Of a stretch of DNA of 64,000 nucleotides, positions 8,726-19,458 are shown piece by piece. Every line of letters begins with the position of its first letter. Position 1 is the stretch's first letter. This stretch comes from an uncultured Bacteriovoracaceae bacterium (GTDB lineage: Bacteria > Bdellovibrionota > Bacteriovoracia > Bacteriovoracales > Bacteriovoracaceae): contig CAXGUD010000018.1 in the NCBI GenBank assembly GCA_964012805.1, positions 1 through 64,000 on the forward strand, read 5' to 3'. The translations under genes were made by a program, and so were the position numbers. Below the pieces are notes generated by a model. It worked only from the letters and a program-made list of their open reading frames with translations, had not been told where the DNA came from and ran no database searches.

Positions 8726-9882
8726 AGGAACTCCTTTATTTTTTGAAAAGCATTTTTGATGTCGTCTTTTGAAGGGGTGAAAGAAAGTCTAAGATGGTCA
8801 GGGAGGCCAAAAGCTTCACCTGGTAAAACCGCCACATGGGTTTTTTCTAAAATTTCCATCGCCATAGATTGAGAGGACGTGAAGCGACCTTCTTCAATAT
8901 ATTTTGAAACGTTTGGAAAAAGGCAGAAGCCTCCTTGGGGTTTAAAGCAATCAAAAAGAGAGCTAAAAAGCTTATAGGCAAGGTCTCTTCTCTCTTGGAG
9001 CTCCCTGACGTGAGTTTGCATTTCTTCTTCTGAAAGAGAAAGTGCTTCTATGGCCCCATATTGGGCAAAGGTGCAAATATTGCCAACTTGGTGGCCTCCA
9101 AGGTTTTTAAGGTGAGTAATCCAAGAGTTTGAGGCAACCGCATAACCAATTCTAAAACCCGTCATGGAAAATGTTTTTGAAAAGCTTTGGACTGTGATTG
9201 TATTGTTAATGGTCTCTTTATCTAAAGAGTAGAGAGAAAAAGGTCTTTCCTCATCGTAAATAAACCCTTCGTAAGCTTCATCACTAATAATGATAAGGTC
9301 CTTCTCTTTGGCAAGAGTAAGAAGCTGGGATAAAACATGAGGCGGGTAAATGACTCCGCTTGGGTTGTTAGGAGAGTTGATAACAATGGCCTTCGTTTTG
9401 GGTCCAATCGCCTCTTTAATAGCATCTAGATCAAGTTGAAAACCTTTTGAAGAAGAAACAAACTTTGGAATACCGCCTGCTAGTTTAACACTTTCGGGAA
9501 ATGTGACCCAATAAGGTCTAGGTATAATAACTTCATCACCAGGGTTTAAGAGGGATTGGAAGACATTATAAAGGATATGTTTCGATCCATTTCCCAAAAT
9601 GATATTTTGGGCGGTGATATTACCGTGGTTTAATTTGTTAAAGCGTTGAGCGATGGATTTTCTGAGTTCAAGATTCCCTTGAACCAAATCATATTTTGTT
9701 TTATTTTCGCTTAAGGCCTTCTGGGTAGATTTAAGAATTGAGGAAGGGGTGTTAAAGTCGGCTTCACCTACATGGAGCCCAATGACACCGTGACCATCTT
9801 CGCGAAGATCCAAAACCTTAATGGCAATTTCAAGGCTTTTTGACGGGACGATCTCTTTCACTCTGTTAGAAGGTGATGGCAT
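8722..9882 (-). CDS. PLP-dependent class I aminotransferase (aspartate/prephenate aminotransferase-like)
   Basis: GEADFNTP, NSPNNPSG, SDEAY, SFSKTFSMTGFRIGY. Confidence 0.9.
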   Translation of the reverse strand: MPSPSNRVKEIVPSKSLEIAIKVLDLREDGHGVIGLHVGEADFNTPSSILKSTQKALSENKTKYDLVQGNLELRKSIAQRFNKLNHGNITAQNIILGNGSKHILYNVFQSLLNPGDEVIIPRPYWVTFPESVKLAGGIPKFVSSSKGFQLDLDAIKEAIGPKTKAIVINSPNNPSGVIYPPHVLSQLLTLAKEKDLIIISDEAYEGFIYDEERPFSLYSLDKETINNTITVQSFSKTFSMTGFRIGYAVASNSWITHLKNLGGHQVGNICTFAQYGAIEALSLSEEEMQTHVRELQERRDLAYKLFSSLFDCFKPQGGFCLFPNVSKYIEEGRFTSSQSMAMEILEKTHVAVLPGEAFGLPDHLRLSFTPSKDDIKNAFQKIKEFL

Positions 9883-9887
9883 GAGGC

Positions 9888-10961
9888 TTACCTTTTTTCT
9901 AAAACGTTTATAATTTCAGTTTGTCTGTTTACGGACTCATTGTGAATGATTTTATAGAGGTTTCTTACATATTTTTTATCAAGACCTTTCCTTTGTGCAG
10001 CAACTTCAACTTTCCCCAAGAGCTCTTCCATCCGTTTCTTTTGGAAGACTTTTATCTTTGAGGTTTTTTTTAGACGAGCAATTTGTTTGACAACTTTCAT
10101 TCTTTTTTGGAGGACTTCTAAAAGCTCTTGATCAAGAGGTTCTATTAAGTTGCGGAGGGCCTTTAGTGATTTGTCGTGTTGGGGAAGTATTCTTTTATTC
10201 CTTAATTCGATTGAATCGAATTGGAGGTTTTGAAGAAGCTCTTTTAGATCTTTAGGAGTAATTTGTTGTTTTGAATCGGATAAGGCCTTTTCAGGTGTTG
10301 GGTGGGTTTCAATCATAAGACCATCAAAACCAAGGTCGAGCGCCTGTTGAGAAAGTTCCTGGAGACCCTCTCTCCTTCCTAACATATGACTTGGGTCACA
10401 AATAATAGGAAGTTCGGGACACCTCTCTTTTAATTCAAGAGGTATATGCCAAAGAGGATTATTTCTGTAAGCTCCACCAGAAGGCGCTGTAAAGCCCCGG
10501 TGAATAGCAATGATGTTTTTAATTCCGACTTTATCTAGTCTTTCAAGGGCGCCTAACCACAAAGAAAGATCTTCATTAACTGGGTTTTTAACAAGGATGA
10601 TTTTCTTTGTTCCTTTTAAGGCCTCAGAAATTTCTTGAACCGAAAAAGGGCTGACTGTTGTCCTGGCACCTATCCAGAGTGCATCAATATTGTATTCAAG
10701 ACATTTTTCTACATGAGTTGTTTTAGCAACCTCTGTTGTTGTTTTAAGATTTGTTGTGTTGCCTACTTCTTGAAGCCACTTAAGGCCTTTTTCACCAATA
10801 CCCTCAAAAAGATTGGGTCTTGTCCGGGGTTTCCAAATTCCCGCTCGAAAAAAGGAAACGTCCTGAATTTTTTCAATACTTTTTGCAGTAGAAAGTATTT
10901 GATCTTTTGACTCAGCACTGCAAGGTCCTGCTATAATAATCTTTGAAGTATTTTTCGTCAT
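9888..10961 (-). CDS. Bifunctional DAHP synthase / C-terminal chorismate mutase
   Basis: IAGPCSAES, WKPRT, WIGART, HRGF, DPSH; C-terminal AroQ-type LR..I..LD..L...L.KRM. Confidence 0.9.
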   Translation of the reverse strand: MTKNTSKIIIAGPCSAESKDQILSTAKSIEKIQDVSFFRAGIWKPRTRPNLFEGIGEKGLKWLQEVGNTTNLKTTTEVAKTTHVEKCLEYNIDALWIGARTTVSPFSVQEISEALKGTKKIILVKNPVNEDLSLWLGALERLDKVGIKNIIAIHRGFTAPSGGAYRNNPLWHIPLELKERCPELPIICDPSHMLGRREGLQELSQQALDLGFDGLMIETHPTPEKALSDSKQQITPKDLKELLQNLQFDSIELRNKRILPQHDKSLKALRNLIEPLDQELLEVLQKRMKVVKQIARLKKTSKIKVFQKKRMEELLGKVEVAAQRKGLDKKYVRNLYKIIHNESVNRQTEIINVLEKR

Positions 10962-11063
10962 GGTTTTCCTTGGTCCGTTCTCTTTTCCAAATTCTAAAGA
11001 TCTAACTCTACTTATATTAAGGAGTGCCTTATAAAAGTAAAATAAGTATTTAAAGAATTTATT

Positions 11064-11080
11064 ATAAGTAAAATTAATAT
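11064..11080. promoter_or_regulatory. Putative LysR-type operator upstream of the aromatic genes
   Basis: ATAAGTAAAATTAATAT, T-N11-A dyad, 16/17 identical to 24332-24348. Confidence 0.45.
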
Positions 11081-11104
11081 CTAGGTTTAATTTATTTTTT
11101 TATT

Positions 11105-12691
11105 CTATTTTTTTATAAGATAGGCAAAATAAGTAAAAGCTGATTCAAAGGCCTGCCAACTGGCTTCAATAATATTTTCACTCATTCCTATTGTCGTAAA
11201 AGGTTTTTCCTTTAAAAATTGATGCTGAATGGACACCCTAACTTTTGCCATAGTGCCACAGTGTCCATCTATAATCTTAACGTGGTAATCAGTTAATTTA
11301 AGTTTTTCTATTTCTGGATAAAAGGGACCTAGGGCCTTTCTAAGAGCTTTACTTAAGGCATCAACGGGCCCTACTCCAAGAGAAACGGTCATCGTTTTAT
11401 TACCTCTGAAATTAAGGTTTAAAGAAGCTTCACTCATTTTCCTTTTTCCAAAATCCAGGTCGCTGATTTTTAAGTAATTTTTTTCCATAATAGAATCTTT
11501 ATAACCAAGTATACTTCTTATAAAAAGTTCTAAGCTAGCATAAGCACCTTCATAGGAAAGACCTTCCTTTTCCACATCTTGGATAGCATGAAGAACAGAC
11601 TTGACCTTGCTTTTATCTTTAAGCTCGGGGTATTTATCGCCAAAAGTGTTAATAATATTGGATTGTCCGGACAATTCACTTATAAGAATATGCCTTCTAT
11701 TGCCTATGCTTTCAGGCCTTATGTGTTCGTAAAATTCAGGAGATTTTTGAAGGGCACTCACATGAATGCCACCTTTATGAGCGAAAGAGTTCTCTCCTAC
11801 AAAAGGTTGATTTTGAGACCCTTCACCGTGAGTTAGTTCCCATACCTTTTTAGAGGTAGAAAAAAGCCTGTTTACTTTATCAGGTGGAATGCAGTGAACT
11901 TTCATTTTTAATTGTAAGTTTGAAATGACACTGACAAGGTCAGTGTTTCCACACCGTTCTCCAATACCGTTGATAGTCCCTTGAATATGGCCTAAACCAC
12001 TTCTAACAGAGGTAATCGAGTTACTAAGTGCCATACCGCCATCGTTATGTCCGTGAAAACCAAATTTAGAAAGAGGGAATGATAGTTTTTTAAGTTCTTG
12101 TATAATATCTTGGCATTCATGAGAAAAAGTACCCCCGTTGGTATCACAGAGTATAATCCGGTCGGCGCCTGCTTTTAGTGCTGTCTTTAAAACATCCATC
12201 GAGTAGGACTTGTTACTTTTGTATCCATCAAAAAAATGTTCACAATCAAAAAATACTGGTTTTTGGGTCTTCTCCTTTAAAAATGAAATAGATTCTTTTA
12301 TTATGTTAAGATTTTCAGAAAGACTAACACCAAGAGCTTCTGTGGCCTGTCGGTCCCATGTTTTTCCAAAAACACAAAATCCATCGGCATTAGACTCAAT
12401 CATTTTTGAGAGGAAAAAATCTTCAGACGTTTTGACTCCTTTCCTCCTTGTGGAGGAAAAAGCAAAAACTTGACTATTTTTTAATTCTCCTCTTTTTTTC
12501 TTTTCCCCAACCTTTTTAAAGTACATTTCATCTTTGGGATTGGAACCAGGCCAACCACCCTCGATATAAGGAATACCAAGATCATTGAGAAGCTGTGTTA
12601 GGAAAAGCTTTTCTTCAATTGAAAAGCTTATTCCTGCTCCTTGCGAACCATCTCTTAAGGTAGTATCATAGATTTCAATTTTATTTAACAT
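11105..12691 (-). CDS. cimA: Citramalate synthase
   Basis: [43 protein letters not shown] (bacterial CimA clade). Confidence 0.9.
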   Translation of the reverse strand: MLNKIEIYDTTLRDGSQGAGISFSIEEKLFLTQLLNDLGIPYIEGGWPGSNPKDEMYFKKVGEKKKRGELKNSQVFAFSSTRRKGVKTSEDFFLSKMIESNADGFCVFGKTWDRQATEALGVSLSENLNIIKESISFLKEKTQKPVFFDCEHFFDGYKSNKSYSMDVLKTALKAGADRIILCDTNGGTFSHECQDIIQELKKLSFPLSKFGFHGHNDGGMALSNSITSVRSGLGHIQGTINGIGERCGNTDLVSVISNLQLKMKVHCIPPDKVNRLFSTSKKVWELTHGEGSQNQPFVGENSFAHKGGIHVSALQKSPEFYEHIRPESIGNRRHILISELSGQSNIINTFGDKYPELKDKSKVKSVLHAIQDVEKEGLSYEGAYASLELFIRSILGYKDSIMEKNYLKISDLDFGKRKMSEASLNLNFRGNKTMTVSLGVGPVDALSKALRKALGPFYPEIEKLKLTDYHVKIIDGHCGTMAKVRVSIQHQFLKEKPFTTIGMSENIIEASWQAFESAFTYFAYLIKK

Positions 12692-13773
12692 AGCCTCTCC
12701 ATCTCTTTGACGACTTCATCTCCCATTTCCTTTGTCCCAACTAAAGTTTGAGTTTTTGAGGTAAAAAGATCTCTTGTTCGAATTCCTTTTTGTAAAACTC
12801 TATCTATCGCTCTTTCAATGAGAGAAGCTGCCTCCTCTTTTTTAAGTGAGTAACGAAGAAGAAGGGACAATGAATGGATTTGAGCAAGGGGGTTTGCCTT
12901 ATTTTTCCCAACGAGGTCCGGAGCAGTTCCTCCGGCCGGTTCATAAAGACCAAAATCATTTTCACCCAAACTTGCTGAAGGGAGAAGTCCAAGGGAACCG
13001 GAAAGTCCCGCGCATTGGTCAGATAAAATGTCACCAAAAGTATTAGGACAAAGAAGAACATCATAAGGGGATGGGTCAAGCATGAGTTGCATGCTCATGT
13101 TGTCAACATAGAGGTGCTCTAAACTAACATCTTTAAATTTTTTTGAGACGCTTTCTACGGTCTCTCTCCATAAGACCATAGAAGTCAAAACATTGGCCTT
13201 ATCAATAGAGGTGACTTTCTTTTTTCTTTTTCGAGCAAGCGTAAAAGCAAGGTTAGCAATCCTTTTAACTTCTTTTTCAAAGTAGTTAAGTGTATCAAAG
13301 GCACCTTTTTCTCCAAATTTGTTAAACTTCTTTCCTTTTTCACCAAAATAAAGACCACCTGTTAATTCTCTTACACATAAGAGGTCAACACCTTTTTGAA
13401 TGCGTTCCTCTTTTAAGGGGGAAAGGTCATTTAAAACTTTACACGGTCTTAGGTTGGCAAATAGTTTAAAATGTTTTCTTAGAAAAAGGAGAGAGGCCCT
13501 TTCGGGTCTTTTTTCAGAAGGGAGCTCGTCCCATTTAGTGCCTCCCACTGAACCAAAAAGAATGGCCTTAGATTTTTGGCATAGTTCTAATGTTTTATCG
13601 GGTAGGGCAGTACCATAGAGGTCAATGGCCTGACCACCGACTTCACTCAATTTTGGCTCTATTTTTAGTTGGTAGTTGTTATTAACGAAATCGAGAACTT
13701 TAAGAGCTTCTTTCATAACTTCTGGTCCTATTCCATCTCCAGGAAGAACTGCAATCGTATTTTTATTTTTCAT
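12685..13773 (-). CDS. leuB: 3-isopropylmalate dehydrogenase
   Basis: [38 protein letters not shown]. Confidence 0.95.
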   Translation of the reverse strand: MKNKNTIAVLPGDGIGPEVMKEALKVLDFVNNNYQLKIEPKLSEVGGQAIDLYGTALPDKTLELCQKSKAILFGSVGGTKWDELPSEKRPERASLLFLRKHFKLFANLRPCKVLNDLSPLKEERIQKGVDLLCVRELTGGLYFGEKGKKFNKFGEKGAFDTLNYFEKEVKRIANLAFTLARKRKKKVTSIDKANVLTSMVLWRETVESVSKKFKDVSLEHLYVDNMSMQLMLDPSPYDVLLCPNTFGDILSDQCAGLSGSLGLLPSASLGENDFGLYEPAGGTAPDLVGKNKANPLAQIHSLSLLLRYSLKKEEAASLIERAIDRVLQKGIRTRDLFTSKTQTLVGTKEMGDEVVKEMERLC

Positions 13774-14317
13774 TTGTTAATCCCTTTTTTTTTGCGTAAG
13801 TAAAGAGGTCTCCGGCTTCAATAATTTCTTGAATGAAACCCAAAGATTTTAGTTTTATCTTTTCACCAGTTTTTATTTTTTCTATAAAGTTTTCTTCAAG
13901 GTTTACCAAAACTTCGTCTCCAGTTTTAAAAGAATGATCTTTGGAAATCGGGTCTAGTGTTTCCATTGGAGGAAAAAAACCGCCATCAACTGAATTACGA
14001 TAAAAAATTCTTGCGTAGCTTTGAGCGATAACAATTTTAATCCCCGCCACTTTAAGTGCCAAAGGAGCATGTTCTCTTGAAGAGCCGCAGCCGAAGTTTT
14101 TACCAGCAAAAATAATTTGGTAAACCGATTCATTTTCATTCTTTTCAACAAAGGGGTATTCATGACCAACAGGAAGACCGGATAAGGCGAACCTTCCATA
14201 AAGTTTTCTTTCTTCTGGATCATTTGTTTTATAAACAAGGTGTTTCGCCGGAATAATTTGATCGGTATCAATATTATCACCGAGACAATAAATCTTACCT
14301 TTTATGATTTTTTCCAT
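13763..14317 (-). CDS. leuD: 3-isopropylmalate dehydratase small subunit
   Basis: [31 protein letters not shown]. Confidence 0.92.
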   Translation of the reverse strand: MEKIIKGKIYCLGDNIDTDQIIPAKHLVYKTNDPEERKLYGRFALSGLPVGHEYPFVEKNENESVYQIIFAGKNFGCGSSREHAPLALKVAGIKIVIAQSYARIFYRNSVDGGFFPPMETLDPISKDHSFKTGDEVLVNLEENFIEKIKTGEKIKLKSLGFIQEIIEAGDLFTYAKKKGLTNEK

Positions 14318-14331
14318 TTGTTTAAGCCTCC

Positions 14332-15648
14332 TTAATTTACGAATTCTCGTGGGTCTGTCACTCTTCCCGTTAAACTACTTGCTGCAACTGTATAGGGAGA
14401 GGCCAAAAAAACTTCAGCGAGTTTACTGCCCATACGTCCTGGAAAATTTCTATTTGTCGTTGAAATAACTTTTTGAGCATCATTGGCCCGACCAAAAGTG
14501 TCTTCCGGGCCGCCTAAACAAGCAGCACAACTAGGTTTTCCAATAGTTGCTCCAGCTTCTTTAAAAATTTGTAGGAGGGGCCTTCCATCGAAGGTTTCTT
14601 TTTCTAAATCTGCTGCGACCTTTGTCGTGGCCGGTACAACAAAGGTGTCAATTTTAACTTTTTGACCTTTAAGTATTTTGGCAGCGGCTTTAAAGTCTTC
14701 AAGCTTACCCCCAGTGCAAGATCCAATATAGGCCCTTGTTAATTCTTGATGACCGAGTTTAAAAGCAGGAATAATGTTATCTGGAGAATGGGGTCTTGCT
14801 ACCAGTGACTCTAGTTTTTCACCAATATACTCCTTTTTATAAGTGTATTTATAATCAGAATCTGATTCAAAAACTTGAAAAGAGCTTTTGGCCTTACCTT
14901 CGATATCTTTTAGAGTTACTTCATCTGCTTCTATAACAGCGTTTTTCCCACCACATTCTATGGCCATATTGCAAAGGCTCATTCTTTCTTCCATATTCAG
15001 TGCTTTAATAACAGGACCCCCCACTTCAAGACTTCTGTAAGTTCCTCCATCAACACCAAGGTCTCCTATAATTTGAAGAATAAGGTCTTTTGCCATAACA
15101 TGTTTTGGTTTTTGTCCTTGAAAGACAAATTTAAGGGTTTCGGGAACTTTAAACCAAAGCTTCCCTGTTCCAAGTACAAAAGCTGCGTCTGTATTGCCGA
15201 CTCCTGTTGCAAAGGACCCATATGCTCCAGCGGTACATGTATGACTGTCAGTTCCTAGAAGGATAGTTCCCGGAAGACAAAAACCTTCTTCACTGAGGGC
15301 CACATGACAAACGCCTTTATAATTTTCACTATGAGCATCGTAAAAATAGGGGAGGTTTTGTTCTTTGGAAAAGTCCCTTAAAATTTGAAGGTTTCTTTGG
15401 GCATGCTTATTTTGAGTAAAGATGTAATGATCGGGAATAACGACAACTTTTTTACGATCAAAGACTTTGGCCTTTTCTCCAAACTTCTCTTTAAAAAGAG
15501 CAAAGGTACCAGGCCCGCAAACATCGTGAGTCATGAGGTGGTCAATATTGGCCCAAATAATATCTCCAGGTCTTACAAATTTTTTACCAGATTTGGAGGC
15601 CAATATTTTTTCGATAAGGGTCATTTTATGATGAGTTTTCGTTTCCAT
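14332..15648 (-). CDS. leuC: 3-isopropylmalate dehydratase large subunit (short aconitase-family type)
   Basis: PDH, GTDSHTCT, IGSCTGG, CAACLG, STTNRNFPGRMG; start placed at the ATG overlapping the leuA stop (TAATG). Confidence 0.92.
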   Translation of the reverse strand: METKTHHKMTLIEKILASKSGKKFVRPGDIIWANIDHLMTHDVCGPGTFALFKEKFGEKAKVFDRKKVVVIPDHYIFTQNKHAQRNLQILRDFSKEQNLPYFYDAHSENYKGVCHVALSEEGFCLPGTILLGTDSHTCTAGAYGSFATGVGNTDAAFVLGTGKLWFKVPETLKFVFQGQKPKHVMAKDLILQIIGDLGVDGGTYRSLEVGGPVIKALNMEERMSLCNMAIECGGKNAVIEADEVTLKDIEGKAKSSFQVFESDSDYKYTYKKEYIGEKLESLVARPHSPDNIIPAFKLGHQELTRAYIGSCTGGKLEDFKAAAKILKGQKVKIDTFVVPATTKVAADLEKETFDGRPLLQIFKEAGATIGKPSCAACLGGPEDTFGRANDAQKVISTTNRNFPGRMGSKLAEVFLASPYTVAASSLTGRVTDPREFVN

Positions 15649-17210
15649 TATATATAGCACTCCTTATTATTCATTTCATTTTCAATCTTTTTCATGGAGA
15701 CTTTTTCGGCCCTATGGCCATTATTTAAGGCCTGTAAAAAAGATCTACAGGAAGCTTCTACGATATCGTTTCCTGTAAAGCGGCCATGATAGGTATTACC
15801 CTCAAAAAGGATACTGATATCAACTTGTCCAATAGATTCACTCCCTCTACCTTTTGAAGAAATTTTATAATCAGTAAGTGTAATATTTTTTTTAATAATT
15901 TGTTTTATCGCTTTAAAAGATGCGTTGATAGGACCTAAACCAGACGCTTTATTTTCGTAGATATGTCCTGATGAGGACAGTGCAACTTTGGCCTTTGAAG
16001 TTTTATTCGTCCCGCAAGTGACTGTTAAGTCTTTAAGGGTGTAAAACTCTTCGCCTTCATTACCTAGCCAAAAGAGAGCTTCAAGATCATAGTCATGAAC
16101 TTGCCCTTGTTTATCTGCAAGTTTGGTAAACTTTTTGTAAATATTGGAAAGGTTATAACTTTTTTCTTTGTGGCCAAGTTTAGAAAGTTTATGTTGAACA
16201 ACATGTTTACCACTTCGAGGAGTCATATACATTTTGTGCCCGGGAAGACCAATCGTTTCAGGACTTAAAATTTCGTAAGTTTCTCTATTTTTTAAAAGAC
16301 CATCTTGATGGATGCCTGAGGAGTGAGAAAAAGCATTTTCACCAACGACCGCTTTATGAGGTTGAATAGGGACATTGCAAATCCGGCTTACAAGGTCTGA
16401 AGTCCTATGAATTTTTGAAAGCTTTATATTGTTTTCAAAGGGAAATAAATCTTTCCTTGTGTGCAAAATGGCTGCAATTTCTTCTAAAGAACAATTTCCA
16501 GATCTTTCTCCAATACCATTAATCGTGCACTCTACCTGGCGGGCGCCATTAGCAACTCCAGAAAGTGAATTGGCCACGGCCATACCTAAATCATTGTGAC
16601 AGTGAGTAGAAAGAATAACTTTATCTAGGCCCTTAGTCTTTTCTTTCAATTTTTTAATAAGGTTACCAAATTCAAAAGGCGTTGAGTATCCTACCGTGTC
16701 TGGAATATTGATTGTTGTTGCTCCCTCTTTTACAACAACTTCAATAATTTCTCTTAGATGTTCAAAGCTGGTCCTTGTAGCATCTTCACAGGAAAATTCA
16801 ACATCAGATGTATATTTTCTTGCAAGTCGAACAGCTTTTTTTGCCATATCTACAACATTTTCCCATGATGTCTTCAGTTTTGTTTTGACGTGAATATCAC
16901 TTGTTGCCACAAATGTGTGAATTCTGAAGTGGTGACTTCTTTTAAGAGCATGATAAGCTGCTTCAATATCATCTGGAAGTGCCCTTGCTAAGGCACAGGG
17001 GACGGATGATTTTAACTGACGGCCAATTTCGTAAACTGATCGAAAGTCATCTTCGGAAGATAATGGAAAACCCGCTTCAATATAGTCAACACCAAGCCTC
17101 TCTAAAGTCAGCGCCATATCGACCTTTTCTAGGGGCGATAAAGAGTGAGATAAAGATTGTTCTCCATCTCTAAGAGTCGTATCAAAAAATATTATTTTAT
17201 CTTTTTTCAT
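15648..17210 (-). CDS. leuA: 2-isopropylmalate synthase
   Basis: FDTTLRDGEQ, HCHNDLG, HSSGIHQDG, C-terminal regulatory domain. Confidence 0.95.
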   Translation of the reverse strand: MKKDKIIFFDTTLRDGEQSLSHSLSPLEKVDMALTLERLGVDYIEAGFPLSSEDDFRSVYEIGRQLKSSVPCALARALPDDIEAAYHALKRSHHFRIHTFVATSDIHVKTKLKTSWENVVDMAKKAVRLARKYTSDVEFSCEDATRTSFEHLREIIEVVVKEGATTINIPDTVGYSTPFEFGNLIKKLKEKTKGLDKVILSTHCHNDLGMAVANSLSGVANGARQVECTINGIGERSGNCSLEEIAAILHTRKDLFPFENNIKLSKIHRTSDLVSRICNVPIQPHKAVVGENAFSHSSGIHQDGLLKNRETYEILSPETIGLPGHKMYMTPRSGKHVVQHKLSKLGHKEKSYNLSNIYKKFTKLADKQGQVHDYDLEALFWLGNEGEEFYTLKDLTVTCGTNKTSKAKVALSSSGHIYENKASGLGPINASFKAIKQIIKKNITLTDYKISSKGRGSESIGQVDISILFEGNTYHGRFTGNDIVEASCRSFLQALNNGHRAEKVSMKKIENEMNNKECYI

Positions 17211-17221
17211 TTACTTGTCCT

Positions 17222-18148
17222 TTAATCATTTAAAATATATTCCAAGAAAGGCGAATTAGGATTTCTCTTTCCGTGAATAAGGTCGTGGTAAAAACTTTGT
17301 ACCATTTGACAAATTTCACCAGATCTTCCATTTCTTATTTTAAGACCATCAATTTCAACCATGGGTAAAACTTCATTGGCAGTCCCAACAATAAAAACTT
17401 CATCAGCTAGGTAAAGTTGATCTCTTGTTAGCGGCTTTTCAAAGACAGTTCTTCCCTCTTCTTTAAGGATTTGAATAACTGTTTCTCTTGTAAGGCCTTC
17501 AAGAATGAGGTGAGCAGGTGGGGTCAAAATTTTTCCATTTTTAACAATAAAAATGTTTTGACCTGTACATTCAGCTACTGTTCCATTGTGATCAAGTAAA
17601 ATGGCTTCTTGGGCCCCTGATCTTTGGGCCTCCGCCTTTGCCAAAGCAGAGTTAACATAGTGACCACTTATTTTTCCTTTGGTTAATGAAACGTTAATGT
17701 GGTTTCTAGTTATGCTTGAAACGACGCCTTTAATCCCTTCATTCTTTGCCTTTTGGCCATGGTATGAATTCCATGGCCAAGCGGCCACAGAGTAATCCCA
17801 CGATGTATCTTTTAAAGAAAGCCCCCATCCTCCATTTTTAATGTAAAAAATCGGCCGAATATAAGCTTCGGTAAGCTCATTCACTTGAAGAACTTCTTTG
17901 CATGACTTCATTGTCGTTTTTAAATCATAAGGAGGTGTTTCTACCCCCAAAAGCTTAAGACTATCTTGAAGCCTTTCCATATGGTCTTTAAGCCTAAAAA
18001 TGGCCGGACCTCTAGGTGTTTGATAGGACCTGATACCTTCGAAAACACTCAGACCGTAATGGAGGGAGGTGTTTAAAAAATGGAGATTTGCCTTTTCATA
18101 GGAAACTATTTTTTCCTGATGCCAGACATATTTAGACTCTACATTCAT
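17222..18148 (-). CDS. ilvE: Branched-chain amino acid aminotransferase
   Basis: LHYG.SVFEGIR, K.SGHY.NS, EC.G.NIF, L.G.TR, GTA.E. Confidence 0.95.
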   Translation of the reverse strand: MNVESKYVWHQEKIVSYEKANLHFLNTSLHYGLSVFEGIRSYQTPRGPAIFRLKDHMERLQDSLKLLGVETPPYDLKTTMKSCKEVLQVNELTEAYIRPIFYIKNGGWGLSLKDTSWDYSVAAWPWNSYHGQKAKNEGIKGVVSSITRNHINVSLTKGKISGHYVNSALAKAEAQRSGAQEAILLDHNGTVAECTGQNIFIVKNGKILTPPAHLILEGLTRETVIQILKEEGRTVFEKPLTRDQLYLADEVFIVGTANEVLPMVEIDGLKIRNGRSGEICQMVQSFYHDLIHGKRNPNSPFLEYILND

Positions 18149-19148
18149 TTTTATTTTCCTTTCTTTTCATCCAACTCATATTAGAGCGGAGGGCGAATCC
18201 AACACCTTCGATAAGATGGGACTTTTCTTCATCCCTCCTTTTAAAAAGTTCTTTTTGGCCATTTCTAGCATCCTTAAAATATTCTTCAGTAAAATGACCA
18301 GATTGAATTTCCCTTAAAACTGATTTCATATTTTCTTTTGTTTCTGCTTTGTTGATGACTTTATTTCCTCTTGTATATCCACCATATTCAGCAGTTTCAG
18401 AGACCGCTTCATTCATTTTTGTAAGGCCACCTTCATAAAAAAGGTCAACAATAAGTTTTAATTCATGCAGACATTCAAAGTAGGCCAGCTCTTTGGGATA
18501 ACCACTTTCGACCAAAGTTTCAAAGCCGCATTTAACGAGTTCACTGACACCACCACAGAGAACGCTCTGCTCACCAAAAAGATCCGTTTCAGTTTCATCT
18601 TTGAATGTTGTTTGAAAAAGACCCGCTCTTAAACCACCAAGAGCATCTGCGTAGCTGAGAACCTGATTCCATGACCCTTCATAATTTTGATAAACAGCAC
18701 CAAGACAAGGAACACCTTGTCCTTCTAAGAAAGTAGACCTAACAAGTTTTCCAGGAGATTTGGGCGCAACCATAATAACATTGACAAAAGAAGGCGCCTC
18801 AATTTCTTTAAAGTGGATATTAAGACCGTGGGCAAAACAGAGTGTATCTCCTTTTTCAAGAAAGGGACGTATTGCTTTTTGGTAGACGGCCCCTTGAACT
18901 TGATCAGGAAGAAGGATCATTATAAAGTTTGCCCATTTGGCAGCTTCTTCAAAACCCATTACCTGAAGTCCCTGACTTTTTGCCAAGTTCCAACTTTTTG
19001 ATTCTTTCCTCAAGGCAACTCGAACATTTTTACCAGAGTCCTTTAAGTTTAAAGCGTGGGCCTTCCCTTGGTTTCCAAAACCGAAAACAGCGATCTTTTT
19101 GTTGTAAAGGGAGTCTTCTTTTTGGTCTTTCTCATAATAAAGTTTCAT
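18132..19148 (-). CDS. ilvC: Ketol-acid reductoisomerase (short class I)
   Basis: GFGNQGKAHALNLKDSG, MVAPKSPG, ETETDLFGEQ, AYFECLHE. Confidence 0.97.
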   Translation of the reverse strand: MKLYYEKDQKEDSLYNKKIAVFGFGNQGKAHALNLKDSGKNVRVALRKESKSWNLAKSQGLQVMGFEEAAKWANFIMILLPDQVQGAVYQKAIRPFLEKGDTLCFAHGLNIHFKEIEAPSFVNVIMVAPKSPGKLVRSTFLEGQGVPCLGAVYQNYEGSWNQVLSYADALGGLRAGLFQTTFKDETETDLFGEQSVLCGGVSELVKCGFETLVESGYPKELAYFECLHELKLIVDLFYEGGLTKMNEAVSETAEYGGYTRGNKVINKAETKENMKSVLREIQSGHFTEEYFKDARNGQKELFKRRDEEKSHLIEGVGFALRSNMSWMKRKENKNECRV

Positions 19149-19458
19149 TTAGTTCTCCTTTTTTTTTATTATTTATTGGTGTTGCTCTTTGTAGTCCTTC
19201 GTTAAATAGGTAGCTTGAAGTCTCATTCCATGAAACTTTAAAAACATCGGGAAAGGTGGCCATTTTTTTCAATAAAATAATTAAAAGTTTTTGTGGCCCT
19301 TTAATTTTCATTTTTAGCTCATTACGATTCCTTTGGTATTGGACATGAGTTGTTAGAGTCTCTAAAGTAAAGCCTTTTCCGCAGAAGGTATTGAGTATTT
19401 TATTGAGAGAATCAAAACTGTTTCCAAAAATAATTTTGATTTCAAAATTTGGGTTCAT
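19132..19458 (-). CDS. ilvN: Divergent acetolactate synthase small (ACT) subunit
   Basis: Lies between ilvB and ilvC with ATGA coupling; N..DSLNKI...F..KGF.LETLT aligns to the N..G.L.R....F..RG.NIESLT ACT pattern. Confidence 0.7.
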   Translation of the reverse strand: MNPNFEIKIIFGNSFDSLNKILNTFCGKGFTLETLTTHVQYQRNRNELKMKIKGPQKLLIILLKKMATFPDVFKVSWNETSSYLFNEGLQRATPINNKKKGELNETLL

